57,619 bases of DNA from an uncultured Bacilli bacterium (GTDB lineage: Bacteria; Bacillota_I; Bacilli_A; RF39; UBA660): positions 1 to 57,619 of the forward strand of contig CANQIE010000004.1 of assembly GCA_947623935.1 (NCBI GenBank), in the 5' to 3' direction. Numbering within the stretch: the first letter of the stretch is position 1; the number at the start of each line of letters is the position of its first letter. Below the pieces are notes generated by a model. The model saw only the letters and a list, made by a program, of their open reading frames with translations. It did not search any database and had not been told where the DNA came from. Shown piece after piece: positions 27,700 through 37,366 of the stretch. A program made the translations under genes and the position numbers.

Positions 27700-30537
27700 T
27701 TATTTATTGAAATAGGCCAAATCATATTCTAATGATGGTGTTATTCTGATAGGTTGATTTGATTCTGTATAATATGAATTTGCCTTTGTAACACATTTAT
27801 CTTTTTTACATTCAACATCTACATATCTTTTTTCACCAGGATAATTATTATCGTATACACCTATATAATAATAATTTGGATTTTCAATATCCTGTACTAA
27901 ACTAATTGCATTAATAGCATGTAATCCACCACTATAACTTGATGAAATTACTAGAGGATCATGATCATCTAACCTTGCCTTTATTATGTTTATAAAACCT
28001 GATGCTCCAGTATATCCTGTTGTTTCTGTGCCTATAACATTTCTTAACCATAAAGTAAAATCAGTTGATGAAGAATAGGAAGCTGTTGAGTTTTGTTTTA
28101 TAAAACTTGCATATATAGCATTAAACATTTGCTTATCATCATTGCTAAGAAAACTACTTTTTTGCATTTTATCTTCATTTAACAATAAATTTTCTGTTGT
28201 TTTATAATTTACTCCCCATTTTTCTATTTGTTCTTCTTTAGACAATCCAGACTTTTCTTCTTTTATATCATAAATTCCAGAATTTTCTATTTCTTTCTTA
28301 TACTTATCATTAATAATAAATACATCATCTTTTAACACTCTAAAATCTGCTGGAACTTCTTCACCAAATATATCATATCCAAAAGTATATTTTAAAGCAT
28401 TAGTTTTTAATTTATAATCATACAAATTACTATAATTTTTAAAATATGTATTAGATAAATCATATTCATAAGATCTACTACCACCAGATGTTAGAGAACC
28501 AACATTTAATGGCAATGCTTTTTTATAGTATAATTCTGCAAAGGTAGCCATTCCAAAACAATGTCCTTCAGCAGATAAGTTTGTTCCATAATTTCCAAAT
28601 GAGAATCCATCACGATTTACTACGAAGCCACTATCGGCTACTAATATACCATCTACCTCACCATCATTATCAAGATCTACTAAATCATCATCTAATTCCG
28701 CTCCAATATTTTCAAATAATTCAGTTAAACCATTAACATTACTTGAAGAAAAAAACTTGCATCCTGTACTATTTGAAATATTTGATAATTCAGTATTATA
28801 TGAACCTCCACCAAAACCTATTGAACATATTTTTACATCGCTAGAATTTGCTTTTTCAATTATTTTTTCAGTTTTACTATTCAATGATGAATCTTGCCCA
28901 TCAGTTAATATAACGATAAACTTATTATCACTATCTTTAGAAAATTCTCCAATACCACTTGTTAATGCGTTCCCGATATTAGTACCTTCTGATTCAGTTA
29001 TAAAATTACCATTCATTCCACTTAAAGTAGATTTAATTGAATCTGCATCTGTTCCTATTTTAGAAGCATTTGCATAGTCACTTCTAAACTCTGATAATCC
29101 CATTTGATAATTTTTTTGAGATAATCTTGATACTAGATCACTTGTTAATGTAAATCTTACTCCCGCTTCATCAAAGCCATCTAACTTAGATTCTCCAAAT
29201 AATCCTCCTGAATACTCTTTTCCAGTTATTTCTTTATATTGAGCATTACTATACATACTCCAAGAATTATCAAGAATAAACAATATTTGAGTGGTCTCTT
29301 CTTCTTTTAATAATGACTCATCACCTACTACATAATTGGAAAAATGTTTTAATTTAGCTGTTAAAGTATTATTATCTTTATCAATAGTTGTTTCAACCTT
29401 CTCATATTTTGATTCTTTTTCATTGTAATAAAAGATAGATAAATTATCCTCATTTAGTCCATATTTTGATAATTCTTCATCTGTATATGAAATTGTAACT
29501 ACTGCTTCATCAATACTTCCATCAGTATAGAATGTATATAAATTATCAATCATACCTTTTTTATTACTAATTTTAGTATTTGAATTTATCTCAGCTATTG
29601 TACTTGCAATATTTCCTTTACCAGAAACAGAAAGTTTTAAGCCATCTGTTGAATAATCATAAGCGAGTTCCCTCTCTCCATCTTTTTTTCCATCACCTTT
29701 GGAATCTGACTTTAACGGATCTAAACCTAATTCTATTTCATCATAATCATTTAATCCATCTCCATCTGTATCCTTTTTATTTGGATCAGTTTTGCTTGTA
29801 TTAATTTCATAATCATCATCTAAACCATCCATATCACTATCAGATAATAATGGATTCGTTTTGTATTCTTTTTCTTGTTTATTTGTTAAATTATCTAAAT
29901 CTAGATCTTGATCAGAATCTAAATCTATTTTATAGTCTAATGTAAGTTCTTTTTCTTTCATATCAAATGGTATAATTTGATATTCTTTACTTATTTTCTT
30001 TAACTTATAGGCAGCTGTTATTTTACATTTTCCAGTTGCTTCAGTTAAATCCCATTTTACTTCTAAACCATTGCTTTCAACATCACCACAAGTAGCAGCA
30101 TATTTTATTTCATCAATTTTTGTATCATCGGAAAAATTTACACCTAATTTTATATTTGACTGTGTTACATAAGTTAATTTAGAATCAGAATAATTATCAT
30201 TCCAACTTAACTTTTCAAATCCTATAAAATGACTATATAAAAATGCTCCAACACCAATTACTAAAACACAACAACATACAATTGTAATATGTTTTTTATG
30301 ATTAGCAACAAAGTTTTTCATTTTATTAACTTTTGGCTTTATAAAATCTGAACTGTTTTTTGAAAATTTTTCTGTCATAGTAACATTTGTATTTAAACTT
30401 GTTTGTTGAATTGGTTGAACGTTATCTTGATTTTTCTCTTCTTGGTTAGGAACTGATAATTCTTTAGTATTTCTTCCACAAGAAGGGCAAAATTCTTCAT
30501 TACCATTCAGTTTATTTCCACAATTTGGGCAAAACAT
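27700..30537 (-). CDS. Zinc ribbon-TM-Ca-binding repeats-HFS domain-VWA-papain-like domain protein
   Basis: MFCPNCG...FCPSCG; DxDxDG repeats; LKHFSNY; MIDAS DNSWS...T...LTDG; GHCFGM...HAI...YDNNYP; start after SD AAAGGAG. Confidence 0.75.
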   Translation of the reverse strand: MFCPNCGNKLNGNEEFCPSCGRNTKELSVPNQEEKNQDNVQPIQQTSLNTNVTMTEKFSKNSSDFIKPKVNKMKNFVANHKKHITIVCCCVLVIGVGAFLYSHFIGFEKLSWNDNYSDSKLTYVTQSNIKLGVNFSDDTKIDEIKYAATCGDVESNGLEVKWDLTEATGKCKITAAYKLKKISKEYQIIPFDMKEKELTLDYKIDLDSDQDLDLDNLTNKQEKEYKTNPLLSDSDMDGLDDDYEINTSKTDPNKKDTDGDGLNDYDEIELGLDPLKSDSKGDGKKDGERELAYDYSTDGLKLSVSGKGNIASTIAEINSNTKISNKKGMIDNLYTFYTDGSIDEAVVTISYTDEELSKYGLNEDNLSIFYYNEKESKYEKVETTIDKDNNTLTAKLKHFSNYVVGDESLLKEEETTQILFILDNSWSMYSNAQYKEITGKEYSGGLFGESKLDGFDEAGVRFTLTSDLVSRLSQKNYQMGLSEFRSDYANASKIGTDADSIKSTLSGMNGNFITESEGTNIGNALTSGIGEFSKDSDNKFIVILTDGQDSSLNSKTEKIIEKANSSDVKICSIGFGGGSYNTELSNISNSTGCKFFSSSNVNGLTELFENIGAELDDDLVDLDNDGEVDGILVADSGFVVNRDGFSFGNYGTNLSAEGHCFGMATFAELYYKKALPLNVGSLTSGGSRSYEYDLSNTYFKNYSNLYDYKLKTNALKYTFGYDIFGEEVPADFRVLKDDVFIINDKYKKEIENSGIYDIKEEKSGLSKEEQIEKWGVNYKTTENLLLNEDKMQKSSFLSNDDKQMFNAIYASFIKQNSTASYSSSTDFTLWLRNVIGTETTGYTGASGFINIIKARLDDHDPLVISSSYSGGLHAINAISLVQDIENPNYYYIGVYDNNYPGEKRYVDVECKKDKCVTKANSYYTESNQPIRITPSLEYDLAYFNK

Positions 30538-30553
30538 AAATACACTCCTTTCC

Positions 30554-30585
30554 AAAAAAGGATAACTAAAGCAATAGTTATCCTC
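30554..30585 (-). terminator. Intra-operon intrinsic terminator
   Basis: GGATAACTA-TTGCTT-TAGTTATCC-TTTTTT on the minus strand, just before the SD of the VWA gene. Confidence 0.65.
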
Positions 30586-30600
30586 ATTTAATATCTAGTT

Positions 30601-31287
30601 TTACTTTGCTTCAGCTGGAATTGTTATTGAACCAGAATTATTATAATTACTATAATTAATTTCAACTACTTCAGCAATTCCCATTATTTCCATTTCAAAA
30701 TTCATTTTTTCTATATAATTAGAAGAATTAACAAGAATACTTATATTTATATCATTGTTTACAATTTTACTTGTATCAATACTAGAATCTGCTTGAGCCA
30801 TTGCTGCTGCAAGTTTCTCACTTGATATTGTACCAGTATATAATGTATTACTTCCTTGTGATTCTTCTTTAATATCAAAAATATAATTATTTAAATTTAA
30901 CCATGAATTCGTATTCGAACTTTTCACAGAAGTAGAAGTCCATTTACCATTTGAAGCATCATTACTATATGGAGAATATACCTTCGAATATGATTTTCCA
31001 TTGCCATAGTCATAATATTCTTCTGTATTAACTCCATAAGTAGATGTTGAACAATACCCTATTTTATTCTTACGATCTTCCTTACAACTCATTGTTGTTG
31101 TTACATCCATAATTCCTGTTTTCGTAGTAATTTTTGCAGTATAACTAAAGTTATTTAAATTATTTAACATTACATCCTTTACTTTAGCTAGTTGACTATC
31201 ATTATTAACTTTGTCTTTTGTAAAACTACACCCAGCAACTCCAATCAAAACTACCATTAAAATAAATAAATTAAATATGTGTTTCAT
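30601..31287 (-). CDS. Lipoprotein (LppX/DUF6612-like beta fold)
   Basis: MKHIFNL...lipobox VAGC; ends YSNYN...ITIPAEA. Confidence 0.65.
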   Translation of the reverse strand: MKHIFNLFILMVVLIGVAGCSFTKDKVNNDSQLAKVKDVMLNNLNNFSYTAKITTKTGIMDVTTTMSCKEDRKNKIGYCSTSTYGVNTEEYYDYGNGKSYSKVYSPYSNDASNGKWTSTSVKSSNTNSWLNLNNYIFDIKEESQGSNTLYTGTISSEKLAAAMAQADSSIDTSKIVNNDINISILVNSSNYIEKMNFEMEIMGIAEVVEINYSNYNNSGSITIPAEAK

Positions 31288-31288
31288 A

Positions 31289-31909
31289 TTAAATCTTATT
31301 TCCACACATGAAACATTGAATTGCTGTTTCATCTACTTGATTACCACAGTTTGGACAGAATTTTTTATTTACTGCACCATTTTGAACTGGTTGTTGCATT
31401 TGTGGTTGTGCTGGTTGTTGGCAGTTTTGTTGAGGATTAACATTTTGACTATTATATTCTTGATTAATATTAACTTGTGATTCAGTTGGTTTTTTATATA
31501 TAATTGCATGAGCAACTAAACATATAATTCCTAACCATAATAAATAAAAGCCTAGTCCATTTTTTAAATATTCGCTATTAAAATCAAGTTTTATATTTAA
31601 GTAAATAACGAATCCCACTACTAATATTGTTGGTATTAAAGACATTTTAGGATTGGTTACATTTGCTATTCTTCTTCCAAGATTTGTTGTAAATAATTGT
31701 GGGATATATTTTTCAATAAAATCCTTAAATATAAATAATGCATTTGCTAGTGTTAAAACTACAATTACTTTACCTTCCCAATATCCCCATAAAGATATTG
31801 ATTGGGAATGCCCTAGAAGAGAAAAAGTAAAATATGGTAACAGTGTTCCTAAAATGAGTGTAGTTATTCCTATTAATGCCAATAATCTTTTATGTCTTAT
31901 AAATTCCAT
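31289..31909 (-). CDS. 4-TM membrane protein with Q/P-rich linker and C-terminal zinc ribbon
   Basis: GTLLPY...GLGFYL; QQPAQPQMQQP; FCPNCG...CFMCG. Confidence 0.7.
   Translation of the reverse strand: MEFIRHKRLLALIGITTLILGTLLPYFTFSLLGHSQSISLWGYWEGKVIVVLTLANALFIFKDFIEKYIPQLFTTNLGRRIANVTNPKMSLIPTILVVGFVIYLNIKLDFNSEYLKNGLGFYLLWLGIICLVAHAIIYKKPTESQVNINQEYNSQNVNPQQNCQQPAQPQMQQPVQNGAVNKKFCPNCGNQVDETAIQCFMCGNKI
31388..31447. repeat. 60-bp direct repeat, copy 1 (encodes Q/P-rich linker)
   Basis: 57/60 identical to 34169..34228. Confidence 0.9.
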
Positions 31910-31910
31910 A

Positions 31911-33464
31911 TTATTCCTCCTCTGAATATATTAATTTTAAATTCGTATTATAATAATTTTTCTTATTGTTTTCCTTAATTGTTATATAATTTGAATAAAC
32001 ATTTAAACTATTATCATCACTAGTCTTTAGTGTTCTTCCAGTAATAAGATTGTAAATAATTTTTTCATTTGTAGAAGAATCTTTGTAATAAATGAATGTG
32101 CTTGTTTCATCATCATAAATATATGAAGAATCAAATTCTGCAACAGTTTTTCCATTCTTTAAATCAACTATATAAGTTTTGTCATCTTTTCTTGCCATGA
32201 CATAATTTTTTCCTTTAGATGTTAAATACTGATATAATAAACTTCCAAAATAATCAATACTATACCATTCACACGGTAAAATTTCTTCTTCACCTTTTAC
32301 TAAACCATAACCATTGCCACAACTTTTTTTAGTCATTCCAGTTAAAGTTTCCCATTCATTTAAATTGATATTTACATCACTATTATTATTTGAAGGTTGA
32401 GATGATAAAATGTTACCTGTCTTAACATCTAAATAAGAATATCTATTACTATAATCTTTATCTTCATCACGAATTAGTACATATCCCGAAGAATAATAAT
32501 TTAAATCTACATTTTTACTATTAGTTTGATAAGCTATTTCATTATTTTGAACGTACATTAAAGTTACGAATTCCCAAGGATCACGTTTAGAAACTTGAAA
32601 TATATTATCATCTTCATCTAAAATATAATTTTCTGTATAATCATAAACTAATTTACCTGTATCACAATTAACAATTGCATATTTTTCGTTATCAACATTT
32701 GTAATACAATATCTTTCAGTTAATGTAGAATTTGTATCTGATGGAGTTATTGAAAAATAATCTTCCCCGGTTTGATACTTATAAGTATAAGTAACTTTAC
32801 CAGATGTATCCATTATTCCTGCTGATTTTCGATCCACATCTTCCCAACTTAAATATCCGTATTTTTCATATTTAACTTTAACTTTGTCTGAAGATATTTT
32901 CTTTAACGAACTATTATATAATTGATCATTGATTATCCAAATATTATATTCAGAAACATATTTAATATCGGTAGAATATTCTGCTTGAGCTTTAGCATTT
33001 CCTTTTTTATCAATTAACTGATATATTTCACGATTTGTTCCTTCTATATTAACCGTAGTTTTTACCATAGCATAATTCCCTTGGAAATCTGTTGCTACTT
33101 CGTAAACTGGTTCTAAAACAAATTTACCATTTGAGTTAATATATCCATATTTATCATCTTTTTTTACTTTAATTAAGGCATCATCAAATATCACATTTAT
33201 ATCTGAATTTTTATTTTCAAAAAATTTATACCCCACAAATAAAACTATCGCTATTAATAATAAACCTCCAATAATAAACAATAATAATTTCTTTTTTGAT
33301 TTGGTATTATTTATATTATTAGGTGTTGAATTATTTGGAAAATTATTATTTAACTGATTAACATTTTGATTGTTATAATTAACATTTGAACTATTGCTAT
33401 AGTTCAAATTCATATTATTTTGTACATTCCCATTGTTTTGATTTAAGCTATCGCTATTATTCAT
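31911..33464 (-). CDS. WG-repeat membrane-anchored protein with N-rich cytoplasmic tail
   Basis: Asn-rich N-terminus, TM, KYGYINSNGKFVLEPVYEVATDF repeat. Confidence 0.7.
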   Translation of the reverse strand: MNNSDSLNQNNGNVQNNMNLNYSNSSNVNYNNQNVNQLNNNFPNNSTPNNINNTKSKKKLLLFIIGGLLLIAIVLFVGYKFFENKNSDINVIFDDALIKVKKDDKYGYINSNGKFVLEPVYEVATDFQGNYAMVKTTVNIEGTNREIYQLIDKKGNAKAQAEYSTDIKYVSEYNIWIINDQLYNSSLKKISSDKVKVKYEKYGYLSWEDVDRKSAGIMDTSGKVTYTYKYQTGEDYFSITPSDTNSTLTERYCITNVDNEKYAIVNCDTGKLVYDYTENYILDEDDNIFQVSKRDPWEFVTLMYVQNNEIAYQTNSKNVDLNYYSSGYVLIRDEDKDYSNRYSYLDVKTGNILSSQPSNNNSDVNINLNEWETLTGMTKKSCGNGYGLVKGEEEILPCEWYSIDYFGSLLYQYLTSKGKNYVMARKDDKTYIVDLKNGKTVAEFDSSYIYDDETSTFIYYKDSSTNEKIIYNLITGRTLKTSDDNSLNVYSNYITIKENNKKNYYNTNLKLIYSEEE

Positions 33465-33466
33465 AA

Positions 33467-34336
33467 CTATTTAAATAAATCTAATATATTGTCTAATCCA
33501 CCAGTTACAGAACTCATAAGTAATTTCATGTAAGCATAATATCCAGCAATAATAAGAATTCCGAAACATACTAAATTGAAATATATCTTTTTATCCTTTT
33601 CTAAGCTTAATTCATTATTCATAAATTCATACATAATTATTAGGGAATATACAAGACCAATAATTGTAAATACCATACTTAATGGACTCCAAATCATACC
33701 AAGAATTGGAGATAAAATCATTGCTCCACATACTGCTGGAATTACAGAAGTAGCTGATATGGATAATGATTTAATAAAACTTAATTGTTTTTTTACTACT
33801 AAACTTCCTAAGTAGAAGACAATAGTTATTGCTAGAATTATACCAGCATAGATTAAGAAGTTTTTACCAATAACTTCTAACCATTTTATATTTTTTAAAT
33901 TATCCCATTGCCATGAATAAGTATATCCATCAGTCCAGCTATAACTTGCGACTCTTACAGTAGATAAAATTGTTTGAATTAAATTTGATAGTGTCATTAC
34001 TACTGTAACAATCAAGGTTAATATGATAGAAGTCTTACCATTATTTAATTTGCCTTCCTCTTCTTTAAAGCATTGAAATGGTTTTATTAATATTGCAATT
34101 AAATACATAAGATAATTTAATGGTGATGTATTAATATTAACTGCTTGTGTTGTTTGAACATTATTTATTGGTTGTTGCATTTGTGGTTGTGCTGGTTGTT
34201 GGTAGTTTTGTTGTGAATTAACATTTTGGTTTAATTCATGCGCCTGATTTAAATTATCAGTATTTAAAGTATTACCACATTTAATACAAAATTTTGATTG
34301 TGGGTTATTATATGTACCACAGTTTGAACAATTCAT
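33467..34336 (-). CDS. Zinc ribbon plus Yip1-like membrane domain
   Basis: CSNCG...FCIKCG, Q-rich linker, LIKPFQCF followed by 5 TM. Confidence 0.7.
   Translation of the reverse strand: MNCSNCGTYNNPQSKFCIKCGNTLNTDNLNQAHELNQNVNSQQNYQQPAQPQMQQPINNVQTTQAVNINTSPLNYLMYLIAILIKPFQCFKEEEGKLNNGKTSIILTLIVTVVMTLSNLIQTILSTVRVASYSWTDGYTYSWQWDNLKNIKWLEVIGKNFLIYAGIILAITIVFYLGSLVVKKQLSFIKSLSISATSVIPAVCGAMILSPILGMIWSPLSMVFTIIGLVYSLIIMYEFMNNELSLEKDKKIYFNLVCFGILIIAGYYAYMKLLMSSVTGGLDNILDLFK
34169..34228. repeat. 60-bp direct repeat, copy 2
   Basis: 57/60 identical to 31388..31447. Confidence 0.9.
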
Positions 34337-34341
34337 TTTTT

Positions 34342-35832
34342 TTACTCCTTTCTCTGATTCGTACTATCCTTAATAACACTGGCTAAAGGATTTTGTTCCA
34401 TTAAAGTATTCAACAACTGATTTCCTAAACTTTCTCCTTCAACATGAGTGTTATTTACACCGCTTATTTTAGGATTTGTAAGACCTTTTTCTGATTTTAT
34501 AAATTGATCTACTTTTCTTAAATTAGAAATATTGGTTTTAGTTTCTGTCTCATAGGTATGGCGCGCATTTGTATTACGATAACGGGTAAACATGATGAAA
34601 AAGTAAATAAAACCAGCCAATAAAAACAACCAATTATACTTAAAATCGATAAAAATCATAGCTAAAACACCCAATAATTCTACAAGAATAGAAAGTCCTA
34701 TCAAGAGTGGCATATGAATAGGGACACTTCCCATAGCCTCTTTAGTTCTCGCATTTACGGCTACATAATGTAATATTTTATTGTTACCATTGACTTGCAA
34801 ATAACTGTATAACCAAACTGGTAAATAGGCTGCTTTCCATTGTTGCCCTTTTACATCTACTTGTTGATTACTCCAGGCAACACCTCTATCGTAAGTTTCT
34901 ATAGTTTGATTGGCCGAAAATCGAGCTACATCTTTTGACTGTGTATCGACAATAGGTTTTAGCGCATCGACATTGACATCTCTTCGCTCAGAAGTATATC
35001 CTTTTAAATAATTAGAATTAAATCGAACACAATTTTCTAAATCAAAAGGCATAATCGCATTGATAACGTTGTTCGTTTTATTCGATGAAGTATTATTTAG
35101 TTTATCCGAACTAGATTCCACTGTTAATCCTTCAATAACTAAATCAAATTCTCGTTCTACATGATATAAATCTGCATCATAATAAACTCGAGTATTCTCT
35201 CCACTTCCCTGATAATAAGTTCTTGTTTGATGCTCTCCTGATCCTGATAAATTTACATGTGAATTTATATCGACCAACATGTAGGGCAAATAAACACCCA
35301 TGATGTTTTCGGTAGTGAATTCTTTCTTAAATTTAGGATGAGCGAAAAACTTTCTTTTTCCGACAAATTTCGCAATTTCTTTCTTAGCATCCTCTTTAGA
35401 AATAGCAAAAGGAAGTACCACATCTGGAATTGCTCCATTTGGAATCTGCTGATTAATAGACAACGTATTTCTACACCAGTGACATCTAGCTTGTGTAGCC
35501 GAAGCAGTATCAATCACTACTTCAGCCCCACAACTTTCACACTTTAAAGTTATAATATTCGAAGTATCCTGAACAATATTTTGAGTTCCAGAAGCTAAAA
35601 CAGTCCCTTGTAATTTATTTAAATCCGTTACCAAGCCTTCTACTTTTTGAGGTTCAAATTCATGGCGACAAAAATTACAACGTAGTTTACCAGTTTTAAC
35701 GTTTAATGATATATCTGTAGCACCACATTTAGGGCATTTATCTTGTCCATTTTTGGCGCTTTCATCCGTTTGCAAAACAACGGTATCTTGTACCGTTGTA
35801 ATGTTTTCATTTGTATTTTCATTATTTTGCAT
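34342..35832 (-). CDS. YdjG-like double zinc-ribbon membrane protein
   Basis: CPKCGA...CNFC, CESCGA...CHWC, PDVVLPF, GVYLPY, YLPVW, C-terminal TMs. Confidence 0.75.
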   Translation of the reverse strand: MQNNENTNENITTVQDTVVLQTDESAKNGQDKCPKCGATDISLNVKTGKLRCNFCRHEFEPQKVEGLVTDLNKLQGTVLASGTQNIVQDTSNIITLKCESCGAEVVIDTASATQARCHWCRNTLSINQQIPNGAIPDVVLPFAISKEDAKKEIAKFVGKRKFFAHPKFKKEFTTENIMGVYLPYMLVDINSHVNLSGSGEHQTRTYYQGSGENTRVYYDADLYHVEREFDLVIEGLTVESSSDKLNNTSSNKTNNVINAIMPFDLENCVRFNSNYLKGYTSERRDVNVDALKPIVDTQSKDVARFSANQTIETYDRGVAWSNQQVDVKGQQWKAAYLPVWLYSYLQVNGNNKILHYVAVNARTKEAMGSVPIHMPLLIGLSILVELLGVLAMIFIDFKYNWLFLLAGFIYFFIMFTRYRNTNARHTYETETKTNISNLRKVDQFIKSEKGLTNPKISGVNNTHVEGESLGNQLLNTLMEQNPLASVIKDSTNQRKE

Positions 35833-35835
35833 AAG

Positions 35836-37116
35836 CTATATTCCTAATAATTTATTTTTTACTTTATCATAATCTTCTTGAGAAATCGCTCCAGCATCAA
35901 GTAATTTTTTCATTTCCAACAATTTAGCAGTAGCATCTTCTCCACTAGGAGCGGCTGGACTAGCCTCATTTAATACTTCTGGCGCAGGTTGTGCTTGTGC
36001 TGCTGGAGTGGAAGCAACTTGAGGTTGAACTGGAGCAGCTGGAGCAGGTTGAGGTTGATTAAAGGCTTGATAACTAGAAGGGGTTACAGGTTGTTGAAGA
36101 GATGACATCATACCACCACTAGCATTCATTCCCATACCCATAAATGCCATAGCACTTCCACCACCATTATTACCAGCAGCTTCAATACCACGAGCAACTG
36201 ATTGTTGCATGAAAGCGTTTCCTCTAGCACCAGATAAGGCATCGGCTTTTTGAACATCTTTCATCAAAGCCTTCGTATCTTCATCGTATTCAATTGATAA
36301 AATCGCTGTTTTGACAATTTCAAGTCCACGACCATTTTTCCAACCATATGCTTCTTCAACAGCTTGAGACATTGCTTGAGCAAGGCCTAATTGATCACTT
36401 TGAATTTTAGACATACGATTTCCCTTATCGGGATCGTTTGTATATTTTGCAAAAGCAGCAGATAAAGTACTTACTACTTCTGTATATAACTGATTTCCAG
36501 CATCGCTATCCATATCTGCAAAATCAAAATCAGGTCCTTCTGATTGTAAATAAGTCATAGGAACAAAATTCTTTACAAATAATAATGGGTCAACGATTTT
36601 TAAAGTATAGGTTCCACGCATAATAGCACCTACTTGTGTACCAAAGTAAGCGTCATCCCAATAAACTATATTTGAAGTCCCAAACTTATTATTTGGAATT
36701 TCTTTTAAATTAACATAGAATGCAGTCTGTTGGCTTCCAGGCATTCCTCCAAATTTGAAACGTTCCCAAGATTGTCCTATCGTAGATGCTAAAATGCCAT
36801 CTCCTGAAAACATCGATTTTGAGTTAGGATCATCGGATGAGAAAATAAAACCGCCTGGTTCAGCAATAAAACCAGTTACAGCACCATCTTGTAAAGTGAT
36901 AAGAGCCATACCTTCTGGAACCATAATCTTACTTCCATTGGTAATAATATTTTCAGATCCCTTTGTATTTTCTCCTCGATTTGCATTTGTACCATAAGGA
37001 ACTGCTTTAGTAAGTGCAACCGTTTCTGAAACTCCTTGTTTTGGTCCATAGTAATCTTTCCATTGATCTGCAAAAGTACCTCCTAAGGCACCTGCAAAAG
37101 CTTTTATAAAGCCCAT
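35836..37116 (-). CDS. SPFH/band-7 domain protein (YdjI/'virion core protein'-like) with C-terminal SHOCT
   Basis: MGFIKA...ADQWKDY, IITNGS, WERFKFGG, FYVNLKEI..NKFGT; LLEMKKLLDAGAISQEDYDKVK (SHOCT). Confidence 0.85.
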   Translation of the reverse strand: MGFIKAFAGALGGTFADQWKDYYGPKQGVSETVALTKAVPYGTNANRGENTKGSENIITNGSKIMVPEGMALITLQDGAVTGFIAEPGGFIFSSDDPNSKSMFSGDGILASTIGQSWERFKFGGMPGSQQTAFYVNLKEIPNNKFGTSNIVYWDDAYFGTQVGAIMRGTYTLKIVDPLLFVKNFVPMTYLQSEGPDFDFADMDSDAGNQLYTEVVSTLSAAFAKYTNDPDKGNRMSKIQSDQLGLAQAMSQAVEEAYGWKNGRGLEIVKTAILSIEYDEDTKALMKDVQKADALSGARGNAFMQQSVARGIEAAGNNGGGSAMAFMGMGMNASGGMMSSLQQPVTPSSYQAFNQPQPAPAAPVQPQVASTPAAQAQPAPEVLNEASPAAPSGEDATAKLLEMKKLLDAGAISQEDYDKVKNKLLGI

Positions 37117-37172
37117 TAAAAAACACCTCTTTCTTTAGAATAGTTATCGCTACTCTTTATTTTTATAATATT

Positions 37173-37200
37173 ATTATAAAACTACCCCCCCCCACGTCAA
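37173..37200 (-). promoter_or_regulatory. Sigma-A promoter with G9 homopolymer in the spacer (candidate phase-variable)
   Basis: TTGACG-TGGGGGGGGGTAGTTT-TATAAT, 16-nt spacer. Confidence 0.75.
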
Positions 37201-37312
37201 CCCTTTGTTAATTTTTCACAAGAAAGATTTACGTAAAATTTTTATTTATGCAGTGGTAAACTTAAAGTAGACAACATGAGAGGGTATGTAGACAATTATT
37301 TACTTCATAAGT

Positions 37313-37345
37313 AAAAGACTGTTGAAAACAATTGATCAACAGTCT
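37313..37345 (-). terminator. Intrinsic terminator separating the upstream operon from the SPFH operon
   Basis: AGACTGTTGA-N10-TCAACAGTCT-TTT on the minus strand. Confidence 0.65.
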
Positions 37346-37366
37346 AAAACCCATTTTTACATCATT

